Assembly (NCBI GenBank): GCA_001443455.1
Contig: LDXO01000005.1
Location: forward strand, 67,660 to 131,659
Reading direction: 5' to 3'
DNA from: Deltaproteobacteria bacterium CSP1-8
GTDB taxonomy: Bacteria; Desulfobacterota; Deferrimicrobia; Deferrimicrobiales; Deferrimicrobiaceae
DNA length: 64,000 nt
Made by a program: the position numbers and the translations under genes. The notes below the pieces were generated by a model. That model was not told where the DNA came from. It did no database searches and worked only from the letters and a program-made list of their open reading frames with translations. The first letter of the stretch is position 1. Each line of letters opens with the position of its first letter. This document shows, piece by piece, positions 27,874 to 38,098 of the stretch.

Positions 27874-29403
27874 TTGGACTTTATCAACAGCCACATCCTG
27901 ACCCTGATGACGTTCCTTCCCGTGGCCGGAGCGGCGATCATCCTCATGATGCCCTCGGGCAGGGACAACCTCGTCAAGACGATCGCCGCGGTGGCGTCTT
28001 TCCTGCCGGTCCTGCTCGCGGTCCAGCTCTGGTTCCTCTACGACCGCACGGTGGCCGGCGTGAACGTGGCGAGCCAGTTCCAGTTCGTCGAGCACTATCG
28101 CTGGATCCCGTCGATCAACGTCGAGTACTTCCTGGGGGCAGACGGGATCTCGATGCCGATGATCATGCTCACGACGATCGTCTCCTTCCTGGCGGTGGTC
28201 GGCTCCTGGGGGATCGAGAAGCAGATCAAGGGGTACATGGCCCTGATCCTCCTCCTCGAAACCGGCATGATGGGCGTCTTCTGCGCCCTGGACTTCTTCC
28301 TCTTCTACGTCTTCTGGGAAGTGATGCTGCTGCCGATGTACTTCCTCATCGGGATCTGGGGAGGTCCCCGGCGCGAGTACGCGGCGATCAAGTTCTTCCT
28401 GTATACGCTCCTGGGCTCGGTCCTGATGCTTCTCGTGATGCTGGCGCTCTATTTCAACACGACGAATCCCGAGACGGGCGGGCACACCTTCAACATGCTC
28501 CACTACATGCAGCAGTCGACCCACAACGGATGGCTCAAGGGGTTCGACATCCGGATCCTCCTCTTCCTCGGGCTCTTCATCGGGTTCGCGATCAAGGTCC
28601 CCCTCTTCCCGTTCCACACGTGGCTCCCCGACGCCCACGTCGAGGCGCCGACCGCCATCTCGGTCATCCTGGCGGGGATCCTCCTGAAGATGGGGACGTA
28701 CGGCCTGATGCGGATCTCCTTCCCGATGTTTCCCGACGTGACGAAGTGGTTCGTCATCCCCATGGCCGTCCTGGGGGCGATCAACATCGTCTACGGCGCC
28801 CTGTGCGCGATGGCGCAGTCCGACCTGAAGAAACTGGTCGCCTACTCCTCGGTGAGCCACATGGGATTCTGCCTCCTCGGGATGGCGGCGCTCACTCCGG
28901 CCGGGATGGTCGGCGCGTCGTTCCAGATGTTCTCCCACGGCATGATCACCTCCATGCTGTTCTTCCTGGTCGGGGTCATCTACGACCGGGCGCACCACCG
29001 CGACATCGACGGGTTCGGGGGACTGGGCGCCGTCGTTCCGGTCTATACCTTCTTCATCACCGTTGCGTTCTTCGCCTCGCTGGGCCTGCCGGGCTTCTCC
29101 GGGTTCGTCGCCGAGGCGATGGTCTTCATCGGGTCGTTCTCCGTCTTCCGGACGATCGTGATGATCTCCGCCTCGGGGATCATCATCGTGGCCGCGTTCC
29201 ACCTCTGGGCGCTCCAGCGCGTCTTCCTCGGGCCGCTCAACCCCAAGTACGCCCAGCTCGAGGAGATCAACTCCCGGGAAATCTTCTGCCTCGCTCCGCT
29301 GGCGCTGATGACGCTGATCCTGGGGGTCTACCCGATGCCGGTGCTCAACCTGATGAGCGCGTCCTTGAATCATCTCGTCGACGTCGTGAACATGGTGATC
29401 TAG
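27874..29403 (+). CDS. nuoM: Complex I subunit M (operon 1)
   Basis: FWEVML, KVPLFPFHTWLPDAHVEAPT and LKMGTYG. Confidence 0.95.
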   Translation: MDFINSHILTLMTFLPVAGAAIILMMPSGRDNLVKTIAAVASFLPVLLAVQLWFLYDRTVAGVNVASQFQFVEHYRWIPSINVEYFLGADGISMPMIMLTTIVSFLAVVGSWGIEKQIKGYMALILLLETGMMGVFCALDFFLFYVFWEVMLLPMYFLIGIWGGPRREYAAIKFFLYTLLGSVLMLLVMLALYFNTTNPETGGHTFNMLHYMQQSTHNGWLKGFDIRILLFLGLFIGFAIKVPLFPFHTWLPDAHVEAPTAISVILAGILLKMGTYGLMRISFPMFPDVTKWFVIPMAVLGAINIVYGALCAMAQSDLKKLVAYSSVSHMGFCLLGMAALTPAGMVGASFQMFSHGMITSMLFFLVGVIYDRAHHRDIDGFGGLGAVVPVYTFFITVAFFASLGLPGFSGFVAEAMVFIGSFSVFRTIVMISASGIIIVAAFHLWALQRVFLGPLNPKYAQLEEINSREIFCLAPLALMTLILGVYPMPVLNLMSASLNHLVDVVNMVI

Positions 29404-30882
29404 ATGCCTCTGGGGAACCTCGCCAGCCTCCGGTATTTCCTGCCGGAACTCGCGATCACCGCGACGATCCTTTTGCTCGTCGTCCTCCACGTCGTGGGGA
29501 GGAACCGACGCTCGCCCGAAGCGGCAATCCTGGCGCTGGTCGGAACGGGCATGGCGCTCTGGGTCGCGTGGATGACCCCCGCGGGGGAGGGGATCGGGCT
29601 CTTCGAGGGGATGGTCGTCCTGGACGGTTTCGCGGTCTTCTTTAAAGTGCTGACCGCCCTGGCGACCGCCATCGTCATCTTCATGTCGATCGACTGCTAC
29701 GAGCTCACGGACAGGACGCAGGCCGAGTACTATCTCTTCCTCCTCTCGGTGCTGCTCGGGATGTTCCTCCTTTCCTCGGCCAGCGACATCGTGATGCTCT
29801 ACCTCGCGCTCGAGCTGGTCTCGATTCCCTCGTACCTGCTCGCCGGCTACCTGAAGGGGAAGGCGTCCTCCACCGAGGCGTCGATGAAGTACGTCGTTTA
29901 CGGGGCGACCGCTTCGGGGGTGATGATCTACGGATTCTCGCTCCTGTACGGCATGACGGGGTCGACGCAGATTTCCGAGATCGGGCGCGTCCTTACCCTG
30001 GGGACGGCGCCCCTGCCGGCGATGCTGGCGGCAGTGATGGTGACCGTGGGATTCGGGTACAAGATCGCCGCCGTTCCGTTCCACATGTGGAGCCCCGACG
30101 TGTACGAGGGGGCGCCCACTCCCGTGACGGCTTTCCTTTCCGTCGGGCCGAAGGCCGCGGGGTTCGCGGTCCTGGTCCGGTTCTTCTACACCGTCTTCGC
30201 CTCCCCCGACGGGGCCGACGGGATGTGGAAACTCTCCTCCTCCGTGGACTGGCCTTTTCTGTTCGCCGTCCTGTCCGCGGTGACGATGACGGTGGGGAAC
30301 CTGGTCGCCATCAACCAGAGGAACGTGAAGCGCCTGCTCGCCTACTCCTCGATCGCGCACGCCGGGTACATGCTGATGGGATTCGTCCTGCTCACCACGG
30401 TGGGGCTCAAGGCGATCCTCTTCTACCTCGTCGTGTACCTCTTCATGAACCTGGGCGCCTTCTACGTGGTCGTCCTGGTCGCCAACGGCAGCCGGAGCGA
30501 GGACATCTCCTATTTCTCGGGGCTGGGCAGCAGGGCGCCTTTCGCCGCGGTCTCGCTGGCCATCTTCCTGTTCGCGCTCACGGGGATCCCGCCGTTTTCG
30601 GGGTTCATCGGCAAGGTCTACCTGTTCGCCGAGGTGATCAACCGGGGGGTCTACTGGCTCGCCCTCGTGGCGGCGCTCAACAGCGTGATCTCCCTGTACT
30701 ACTACGCGAGGATCGTGAAGGTGATGTTTTTGGAGGACCCCACGCAGGCGGGAGATCTCCCGTTGGCCCTCGTGCCGAGAGTCATGCTGGCCATCCTGGT
30801 GGTTCCCACGCTTTTGCTGGGGATATACTGGGAGCCTGTCATCCGCGTCACCGAAGCGTCGGTGCGAATCCTGACACACTGA
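29404..30882 (+). CDS. nuoN: Complex I subunit N (operon 1)
   Basis: EASMKY, KIAAVPFHMWSPDVYEGAPT and KRLLAYSSIAHAGY. Confidence 0.95.
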   Translation: MPLGNLASLRYFLPELAITATILLLVVLHVVGRNRRSPEAAILALVGTGMALWVAWMTPAGEGIGLFEGMVVLDGFAVFFKVLTALATAIVIFMSIDCYELTDRTQAEYYLFLLSVLLGMFLLSSASDIVMLYLALELVSIPSYLLAGYLKGKASSTEASMKYVVYGATASGVMIYGFSLLYGMTGSTQISEIGRVLTLGTAPLPAMLAAVMVTVGFGYKIAAVPFHMWSPDVYEGAPTPVTAFLSVGPKAAGFAVLVRFFYTVFASPDGADGMWKLSSSVDWPFLFAVLSAVTMTVGNLVAINQRNVKRLLAYSSIAHAGYMLMGFVLLTTVGLKAILFYLVVYLFMNLGAFYVVVLVANGSRSEDISYFSGLGSRAPFAAVSLAIFLFALTGIPPFSGFIGKVYLFAEVINRGVYWLALVAALNSVISLYYYARIVKVMFLEDPTQAGDLPLALVPRVMLAILVVPTLLLGIYWEPVIRVTEASVRILTH

Positions 30883-30895
30883 GAGGAAAGGGCCG

Positions 30896-31279
30896 GTGGC
30901 GAACTTCGTTTCCTCCATCCAGTTTTCCGACCCGTATTTCTCGGTCCTCCTGCTCCTGATCATCGCCGTCGGGATGGCGGTGGGGTTCGTCTTCCTCTCC
31001 CAGGCCCTGGGGCCCAGCAAGTACGACCGGATCAAGTACAGCGTCTACGAATGCGGCGTGGACCCCATCACGTCCGCCTCGGTCCGGGTGTCGGTCAAGT
31101 TCTACCTGGTCGCCCTGCTGTTCATCCTGTTCGACCTGGAGTCGGCGTTTCTCTACCCGTGGGCGGTTCTCTACCGGGACCTCGGCTGGTTCGGATTCGT
31201 CGAGATGGCCGTGTTCGTGGGGATCCTCCTCGCGGGGCTTCTCTACGCATGGAAGAAGGGGGCGCTCGAATGGCAGTGA
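30896..31279 (+). CDS. nuoA: Complex I subunit A (operon 2)
   Basis: YECGVD and [14 protein letters not shown]. Starts 13 bp after nuoN of operon 1. Confidence 0.95.
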   Translation: MANFVSSIQFSDPYFSVLLLLIIAVGMAVGFVFLSQALGPSKYDRIKYSVYECGVDPITSASVRVSVKFYLVALLFILFDLESAFLYPWAVLYRDLGWFGFVEMAVFVGILLAGLLYAWKKGALEWQ

Positions 31280-31773
31280 ACCGCGCCAAGGACGGCGCCC
31301 CGGGATTTCTCACCACCCGGTTCGAGGCGCTGCTCGCCTGGGGCAGGAAATACTCGATCTATCCGTTCACGTTCGCGACGGCGTGCTGCGGGATCGAGGT
31401 GATGGGGGCCTTCGGGACCCACTACGATCTGTCCCGCTTCGGGGCGGAGGTCGTCCGGTTCTCCCCGCGACAGGCGGACATGCTCCTCGTCGCGGGAACC
31501 GTCAACTACAAGATGGCGCCGGTGCTGAAGCGCATCCACGACCAGATGCTCGAGCCGAAGTGGGTGGTGGCGATGGGGGCGTGCGCCGCCTCGGGCGGGT
31601 TCTACAACAACTACAGCGTGCTCCAGGGGATCGACAAGATCCTCCCCGTGGACGTGTACATCCCCGGCTGCCCCCCGAACCCCGAGGGGATCATCGACGC
31701 CGTGGTGGCGATCCAGAAGTTGCTCGAGACCGGCGCACCGCGGGCCGCGGAGCGCTGGCCGATCAAGATCTGA
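31270..31773 (+). CDS. nuoB: Complex I subunit B (operon 2)
   Basis: ACCGIE, SPRQAD and IPGCPP. Confidence 0.95.
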   Translation: MAVNRAKDGAPGFLTTRFEALLAWGRKYSIYPFTFATACCGIEVMGAFGTHYDLSRFGAEVVRFSPRQADMLLVAGTVNYKMAPVLKRIHDQMLEPKWVVAMGACAASGGFYNNYSVLQGIDKILPVDVYIPGCPPNPEGIIDAVVAIQKLLETGAPRAAERWPIKI

Positions 31774-31785
31774 AGCGGAAGGGAA

Positions 31786-32277
31786 ATGGCGGAAGAGAAA
31801 AAGAGCGCGGTGCTGGAGACGTTGGTCGGGAAGTTCGGGGACGACATCGTCTCGACCCACTCCGACTTCGGGGACGACACGGCCCTCGTCAGGAGGGAGA
31901 GGATCGTCGAGATCTGCACCTTCCTGCGGGACGACCCGGCCCTGCGTTTCGACTTTGCGATGGACCTGACCGGCGTGGACTACCTTGGGGAGGAGCCCCG
32001 GTTCGAAGTGGTTTACCACCTCTATTCCCTGGAGAAGAAGCACCGGGTGCGGATCAAGACCCGCGTCCCGGAGGAGGACCCGGTGATCGACTCGGTCATC
32101 CCGGTCTGGGCCGGGATGGACTGGTACGAGCGGGAGGCGTACGACATGTACGGGATCGTCTTCCGCAACCACCCGAACCTCAAGCGGATCCTCATGTACG
32201 AATCGTTCGTCGGGCATCCCTTGCGCAAGGATTACCCCAAGGCGAGGCGCCAGCCCACCATCGGGCCGGACGAGTAG
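31786..32277 (+). CDS. nuoC: Complex I subunit C (operon 2)
   Basis: WYEREAYDMYGI.F..HPNLKRIL..GHPLRKDYP. Confidence 0.95.
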   Translation: MAEEKKSAVLETLVGKFGDDIVSTHSDFGDDTALVRRERIVEICTFLRDDPALRFDFAMDLTGVDYLGEEPRFEVVYHLYSLEKKHRVRIKTRVPEEDPVIDSVIPVWAGMDWYEREAYDMYGIVFRNHPNLKRILMYESFVGHPLRKDYPKARRQPTIGPDE

Positions 32278-32283
32278 ACAGAG

Positions 32284-33504
32284 ATGACCGAGGTCGTCAC
32301 GTACAAGAGGGAAGCCGGGAAGCTCGACATGCAGGCCGAGCCGATGCTCCTGAACATCGGCCCGTCCCACCCCGCCACGCACGCAACGCTTCGGCTCATC
32401 GCGGAGCTGGACGGCGAGACGATCCTGAAACTCACCCCCGAGTTCGGCTACCTGCACCGCTGCTTCGAGAAGGAGTCGGAGAGCCACACCTGGACCCAGG
32501 TGGTGACGTACACCGACCGGCTGAACTACGTCTCCCCCCTGATGAACAACGTCGGATACGCGATGGCCGTCGAGAAGCTCTGCGGGATCGACGTCACCGA
32601 GCGGTGCAAGTACATCCGGGTGCTCATCTCGGAGTTCTCGCGGATCATCGACCACATGGTATGCATCGGCACCAACATGGTCGATCTGGGGGCGCTGACC
32701 AACTTCTGGTACTTCTGGAAGCCCCGCGAGGAGGTGTACATGCACCTCATCGAACCGCTCACGGGGACGAGGCTGACGACGGGATACACCCGGATCGGCG
32801 GGATGGCCTGGGATCTCCCCGACGGATGGGAGGAGAAGGCGCGCGGGGTCATCGAGCACGTCATCCTGCCTGCGATCGCCGACGTGAACGCCCTGCTGAC
32901 CAAGAACCGGATCTTCATCGAACGGACGATGGGGGTGGGGCCCATCACCCCGAAGGACGCGATCGCCCTCGGTTTCACGGGGCCGTGTCTGAGGGCGGCG
33001 GGTGTCCCTCTCGACCTCCGGAAGGACGAGACGTACCTCGTGTACGACCGCTTCGACTTCGACGTGCCCGTAGGGGAAGAGGGCGACACCTGCGACCGGT
33101 ACATGGTCCGGATGGAGGAGATGCGCCAGTCGGTCCGCATCATCTTGCAGGCCCTCGACCAGCTCCCGGGCGGGCCCGTCAACGTGGACGACCCGCGGTT
33201 CAACCTGCCGCCGAAGCAGGAGGTGTACGGAAGCATCGAGGGCCTGATGAACCACTTCAAGCACATTATGGACGGAGTCCAGGTCCCCGCCGGCGAGGTC
33301 TATTCGGCCACCGAGGCGGCCAACGGGGAACTCGGCTACTACATCGTCAGCAAGGGGGGCGGGGGCCCCTACAAGATCAAGGTCCGGCCGCCGTGCTTCC
33401 CTCTCTTCCAGGGGATGCCGCGCCTGTGCGAGGGGGGAATGATCGCCGACCTCATCGCGGTGTTGGGCAGCGTCAACATCATCGCGGGGGAGCTGGACCG
33501 GTGA
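32284..33504 (+). CDS. nuoD: Complex I subunit D (operon 2)
   Basis: GPSHPATH, GYLHRCFEK, DRLNY and ELDR. Confidence 0.95.
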   Translation: MTEVVTYKREAGKLDMQAEPMLLNIGPSHPATHATLRLIAELDGETILKLTPEFGYLHRCFEKESESHTWTQVVTYTDRLNYVSPLMNNVGYAMAVEKLCGIDVTERCKYIRVLISEFSRIIDHMVCIGTNMVDLGALTNFWYFWKPREEVYMHLIEPLTGTRLTTGYTRIGGMAWDLPDGWEEKARGVIEHVILPAIADVNALLTKNRIFIERTMGVGPITPKDAIALGFTGPCLRAAGVPLDLRKDETYLVYDRFDFDVPVGEEGDTCDRYMVRMEEMRQSVRIILQALDQLPGGPVNVDDPRFNLPPKQEVYGSIEGLMNHFKHIMDGVQVPAGEVYSATEAANGELGYYIVSKGGGGPYKIKVRPPCFPLFQGMPRLCEGGMIADLIAVLGSVNIIAGELDR

Positions 33505-33986
33505 GCCCGTCCTTTTCCGAGGCGACCCGGGCGAGGTTCGAGAGGATGCTCGCCCGCTACCCCGACAAGGAGGCGGCCATCCTTCCGACGCTCCACCTTG
33601 CCCAGCGCGAATTCGGGCACCTCTCCGGCGAGGCGATCGACTACGTCGCCACGCTGCTCGGGTTCACGCCGGCGCGCATCGAGGGGGTGGCGACCTTCTA
33701 CACCATGTACAACCGGAAGCCGGTGGGGAAATACCACCTGCAGGTCTGCCGGAACCTCTCCTGCTCTCTCATGGGTGCGGAACACCTGATCGAGCACATG
33801 TCGAGGAAACTGGGGATCAAACCCGGCGGGACGACCGCGGACGGGACGTTCACCCTTTCCACGGTGGAGTGCCTCGGCAGCTGCGGCACCGCGCCGGTCA
33901 TGCAGGTCAACGACGATTACCACGAGGACCTGACCGAGGAATCGATCGACGCGATCCTCGACGGGCTGCGGCAGGAACACGGATAG
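33501..33986 (+). CDS. nuoE: Complex I subunit E
   Basis: GTG overlapping the nuoD stop. TFYTMY and CRNLSC..ECLGSC (2Fe-2S). Confidence 0.93.
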   Translation: MSPSFSEATRARFERMLARYPDKEAAILPTLHLAQREFGHLSGEAIDYVATLLGFTPARIEGVATFYTMYNRKPVGKYHLQVCRNLSCSLMGAEHLIEHMSRKLGIKPGGTTADGTFTLSTVECLGSCGTAPVMQVNDDYHEDLTEESIDAILDGLRQEHG

Positions 33987-33992
33987 AAGACG

Positions 33993-35261
33993 ATGGAACT
34001 CGTCCTGACCACCCACTTCGGCAACGACCGGTACCGCCACGCGGACACGTACGAGCAGCTCGGCGGGTACGCGGCCATGCGCAAGGCGTTCTCGATGCCG
34101 AAGGAGGAGATCGTGGCGGAGGTCAGGAAGGCGAACCTGCGAGGCCGCGGCGGCGCTGGGTTCCCGGCGGGAGTCAAGTGGGGGTTCCTCCCCAAGGACC
34201 TCTCCCGGCCGCGGGTCCTCGTGATCAACGCCGACGAGGGGGAGCCGGGGACCTTCAAGGACCGGCTCATCATGAGCCGGGGGCCCCACCTCATGATCGA
34301 GGGGATCGTCATCACCTCCTATGCCCTGACGATCCACAACGGCTATGTGTACATCCGCGGGGAGTTCGTCCGCGAGGCGGAGATCGTGCAGGAAGCGATC
34401 GACGAGGCGTACGCGAAGGGATACCTCGGGAAGAACATCCTGGGCTCCGGGTACGACCTGGAGGTGACCGTCCACCGCGGTGCAGGCGCCTACATCTGCG
34501 GCGAGGAGACTTCCCTGCTCAACTCCCTCGAGGGGAAGCGCGGGTGGCCCCGGGTCAAGCCCCCCTTCCCCGCCTCGGTGGGGGCGTTCGGTCTCCCCAC
34601 GATCGTGAACAACGTGGAGACGATCGCCGACATCCCCTGGATCGTCACCCACGGCGGGGAGAAGTTCGCCTCCCTGGGGGTGGAAAAGGACGGCGGGACC
34701 CGCCTGGTCTGCGTCAGCGGCCCGGTGAAGAAACCGGGCGTCTACGAACTTCCGGTGGGGATCTCGCTCCGGTCGATCCTCTACGAGCACGCCGGGGGAA
34801 TGCAGGACGGCAAGGCGCTCAAGGCGGTGATCCCCGGCGGTTCGTCCACGCCGGTGATTCGGGCCGACGAGATCGACGTGGGTTACGACATCGATTCGAT
34901 GCAGAAGATCGGAACGATGGCGGGATCGGGCGGCGTCATCGTCATCCCGGAGGGAACGTGCATGGTGCGCGCCCTCTCCGTGCTCATGAACTTCTACGCC
35001 CACGAGTCGTGCGGCCAGTGCACGCCGTGCCGGGAAGGGTGCGGCTGGCTGGCGAGGGTCCTGCGCCGCATCGAGAACGGCGAGGGGCGCGAGGGGGACG
35101 TCGAGCTCATCCTGAACGTGTGCGACAACATGATGGGACGGACGATCTGCCCGCTGGCCGACGCCGCGGTGATGCCCGCCCAGTCGTTCATCTGGAAGTT
35201 CCGCGAGGAGTTCGACCGGCACGTCCGGGACAAGAAATGCCCGTACGGGAATACATTCTAA
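33993..35261 (+). CDS. nuoF: Complex I subunit F
   Basis: RGRGGAGFP, ADEGEPGTFKDR, YICGEET and CGQCTPCREG. Confidence 0.96.
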   Translation: MELVLTTHFGNDRYRHADTYEQLGGYAAMRKAFSMPKEEIVAEVRKANLRGRGGAGFPAGVKWGFLPKDLSRPRVLVINADEGEPGTFKDRLIMSRGPHLMIEGIVITSYALTIHNGYVYIRGEFVREAEIVQEAIDEAYAKGYLGKNILGSGYDLEVTVHRGAGAYICGEETSLLNSLEGKRGWPRVKPPFPASVGAFGLPTIVNNVETIADIPWIVTHGGEKFASLGVEKDGGTRLVCVSGPVKKPGVYELPVGISLRSILYEHAGGMQDGKALKAVIPGGSSTPVIRADEIDVGYDIDSMQKIGTMAGSGGVIVIPEGTCMVRALSVLMNFYAHESCGQCTPCREGCGWLARVLRRIENGEGREGDVELILNVCDNMMGRTICPLADAAVMPAQSFIWKFREEFDRHVRDKKCPYGNTF

Positions 35262-35403
35262 TGCGCCGTCCTGCAAGTGAGTTGACATGCGGGCACGTCT
35301 CCGCGCACAGGGCGCCCCCGGCAAGCCCGTGCGCGGAATGTCCGCCTGTCCCGGGCTATCCCGGCGGCGGACCGTGGCACCAAGATCATTCCGGGACGGG
35401 ACA
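35262..35403. mobile_element. MITE-like element with 25-bp imperfect TIRs in the nuoF-nuoG spacer
   Basis: TIRs at 35262..35286 and 35379..35403 (15/25 match). Flanks are CTAA and CTAG. It contains an internal hairpin and shares a module with the 41484 element. Confidence 0.55.
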
Positions 35404-35413
35404 CTAGGGAACC

Positions 35414-36994
35414 ATGCCGAACTTCACGATCAACGGAATCTCCGTGGACGTCCCCCAGGGGACGACGATCCTCGAGGCCGCGAAGACGGCGGGGATCGAG
35501 ATCCCCCACTACTGCTACCACCCGAAGCTCTCGGTCGCGGGGAACTGCCGCATGTGCCTCGTGGAGGTCGAAAAGTTCCCCAAGCTCCAGATCGCGTGCA
35601 ACACCATCGTGACCGACGGGATGGCGGTCAAGACCGACTCCGAGAAGGTGAAGCAGGCGGTCACGGGGGTCCTCGAGTTCCTGCTCATCCATCACCCGAT
35701 CGACTGCCCGATCTGCGACCAGGCCGGCGAGTGCGGGCTGCAGATCTACTACATGAAGTACGGCCTGCACAAGAGCCGGTACGCCGTCGAAGACAAGGTG
35801 CACAAGAAGAAGGTGCAGGACATCGGCGGGCAGATCATCCTGGACGCCGAGCGGTGCATCCTCTGCTCCCGCTGCATCCGGTTCCTCCAGGAGGTCACCG
35901 GCACCGGCGAGCTCGAGTTCTTCCAGCGGGGGGACCACTCGGAGATATCGATCTTCCCGGGGAGGCCGCTCGACAACCGGTACACGGGGAACCTGGCGGA
36001 CATCTGCCCCGTGGGGGCCCTGACCAGCAAGGATTTCCGGTTCAAGTGCCGCGTCTGGCTCCTGCGCGGCGCCCGGTCGATCTGCCCCGGCTGCGCCAAC
36101 GGCTGCAACGTCGAGGCGCACTTCAAGGAGGAGATCCTCTACCGGCTCAAGCCCAGGCAAAACGACGAGGTCAACAAGACGTGGATGTGCGATCCCGGAA
36201 GGCTCGAGTACAAGAAGGCGAACGAGGCGCGGCTCCTTACCCCCGTAAACCGGGAGAACGGGATCCCGAAGGCGGCGCCGTGGGAGGCGGCTCTTTCCTC
36301 CGTCGCCTTTCGCCTGTGGGAGATGGTCGAGAAGCACGGGCCCGGATCGGTCGCCGTCATCGCCTCGCCGCAGTTCTCCAACGAGGAACTGTTCCTCGCG
36401 CGAAAGCTGGCGGACGAGGTCCTGCGCACGCCGCACCTCGGGTTCTCCTTAAGGACCGTGGGCGACGGGTTCGCGGACGACTTCCTCATCAAGGCGGACA
36501 AGAATCCCAACACCCGGGGGGCGAAACTGCTGGGGATCTCCGAGGAGAAGTTCGACGACATCGTGCAAAACGTCGCGGACGGGAAGATCAGGGCCCTGCT
36601 CGTGTTCGGAAACGGGATCGCCGACCTCTCCGACGCGGAGACCGGGCGGCTTCTGGCCAACGTTCCCTTCGTCGTCCAGATCGCCACGAACGAGGGGGCC
36701 GTCTCCCGCGCGGCGCACGCCATCCTGCCGTCCGCGTCGTTCGTCGAGCGCGGGGGGACATTCACCAACCACGCGGGACGCGTCCAGCGGTTCTGGATGG
36801 GATTCCCGCCCCGGGGGAAGGCGAGAAGTGCCATCGAGATCATCACCGGGCTGGCGAACCGGCTCGGCGCGGGGTGGAAGTCCGGCGGGGAGGCGCAGGT
36901 GTTCCGGGCGATCGCGCAGTCCGAGGCCCCCTTCGCCGGGATGAGCTACGAGTCCCTCGGGGAGCTGGGCCAGACGGCGGGAGGAAAGGGATGA
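35414..36994 (+). CDS. nuoG: Complex I subunit G, short form (526 aa)
   Basis: CYHP..GNCRMC, HPIDCPICDQAGEC, CILCSRC..CPVG and CPGCANGC..C. Confidence 0.93.
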   Translation: MPNFTINGISVDVPQGTTILEAAKTAGIEIPHYCYHPKLSVAGNCRMCLVEVEKFPKLQIACNTIVTDGMAVKTDSEKVKQAVTGVLEFLLIHHPIDCPICDQAGECGLQIYYMKYGLHKSRYAVEDKVHKKKVQDIGGQIILDAERCILCSRCIRFLQEVTGTGELEFFQRGDHSEISIFPGRPLDNRYTGNLADICPVGALTSKDFRFKCRVWLLRGARSICPGCANGCNVEAHFKEEILYRLKPRQNDEVNKTWMCDPGRLEYKKANEARLLTPVNRENGIPKAAPWEAALSSVAFRLWEMVEKHGPGSVAVIASPQFSNEELFLARKLADEVLRTPHLGFSLRTVGDGFADDFLIKADKNPNTRGAKLLGISEEKFDDIVQNVADGKIRALLVFGNGIADLSDAETGRLLANVPFVVQIATNEGAVSRAAHAILPSASFVERGGTFTNHAGRVQRFWMGFPPRGKARSAIEIITGLANRLGAGWKSGGEAQVFRAIAQSEAPFAGMSYESLGELGQTAGGKG

Positions 36995-38082
36995 GCGGCC
37001 TGTTCGACCTCGCGGTGGCCGTGGCGCGGATCGCGATCATGCTGATCTTCTGCCTGACGTTCGTCGTGGTGCTCACCTGGGCGGAGCGCAAGGGCGCCGC
37101 CTACATGCAGGACCGCCGGGGGCCCAACCGGGCGAAGATCCTGGGGCTGACGCTCGGCGGCATCTTCCATCCCCTGGCCGACGCGATCAAGTTTCTCTTC
37201 AAGGAGGATTTCATCCCCGACCACGTCCACCGCCTCTTCTACCAGATGGCGCCGATGTTCGCCCTGGCCCCGGCGCTCATGACGATCGCCGTCATCCCGT
37301 TCGGGCCGCCGGTGACGATCGCCGGGAAGACGATTCCCTTGCAGATCGCGGACCTGAACGTGGGGATCCTCTACGTCTTCGCCATGTCGGGATTGACGGT
37401 CTACGGCGTGATCCTGGCCGGGTGGGCCTCCAACAGCAAGTACCCCCTCCTGGGGGGATTGCGCTCCTCGGCGCAGATGATCTCCTACGAGGTCTCCCTG
37501 GGGCTTTCGATCATCGGGGTGGTGATGGTGTTCCGGTCGGTCAAGCTTTCGCAGATCGTCGCCTCCCAGGGGGAGCTCCTGTGGGGGATCGTGCCGCAAT
37601 GGGGCGTCGTCGTCCAGCCCCTCGGGTTCATCCTGTTCCTCGTGGCTCTCTACGCGGAGGCGAACCGGACCCCCTTCGACCTCCCGGAGGGGGAGTCGGA
37701 GATCGTCGCGGGATTCCACACCGAGTACGGCTCCTTCAAGTTCTCGATGTTCATGATGGCGGAATATTTTCACCTGGTGGTCGGCTCCCTCCTCGTGGCG
37801 ACCCTTTTCTTCGGCGGGTGGCAGTTCCCCTACCTCGCCTCTTCCGGGTTCGTGCTCCCCGGGGGGTTCTCCATCGGTCTTCCGGGAGCCGTGGTGCTCC
37901 TCCTCCGGATCGGCGCCCTGTTCGCCAAGGTGGTCTTCTTCGCATGGCTCTTCATCTGGGTCCGGTGGACGATCCCCCGGTTCCGGTACGACCAGGTGAT
38001 GCGCCTGGGGTGGAAGGTGATGCTGCCGCTGTCGCTGCTCAACATCTTTGCGACCGGGATCGCCCTGCTCCTGGTTGCGTGA
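36991..38082 (+). CDS. nuoH: Complex I subunit H (operon 2)
   Basis: ERKGAAYMQDRRGPNR and EANRTPFDLPEGESE. Confidence 0.95.
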   Translation: MSGLFDLAVAVARIAIMLIFCLTFVVVLTWAERKGAAYMQDRRGPNRAKILGLTLGGIFHPLADAIKFLFKEDFIPDHVHRLFYQMAPMFALAPALMTIAVIPFGPPVTIAGKTIPLQIADLNVGILYVFAMSGLTVYGVILAGWASNSKYPLLGGLRSSAQMISYEVSLGLSIIGVVMVFRSVKLSQIVASQGELLWGIVPQWGVVVQPLGFILFLVALYAEANRTPFDLPEGESEIVAGFHTEYGSFKFSMFMMAEYFHLVVGSLLVATLFFGGWQFPYLASSGFVLPGGFSIGLPGAVVLLLRIGALFAKVVFFAWLFIWVRWTIPRFRYDQVMRLGWKVMLPLSLLNIFATGIALLLVA

Positions 38083-38098
38083 GGCGGAAACGGAAACG

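Noticed and set aside
20461-30882. 11-subunit operon as a group 4 NiFe hydrogenase (Ech/Hyf-like)
   Set aside because: NuoD lacks both NiFe CxxC motifs and has the quinone-site HPSTHGVLR. NuoB has the tandem CC of complex I.
27832-31035. Very long antisense or alternate-frame ORFs (for example 1067 aa here, also 31243..33264 and 41575..43302)
   Set aside because: They are shadows of high-GC coding genes, with no motifs and biased composition.
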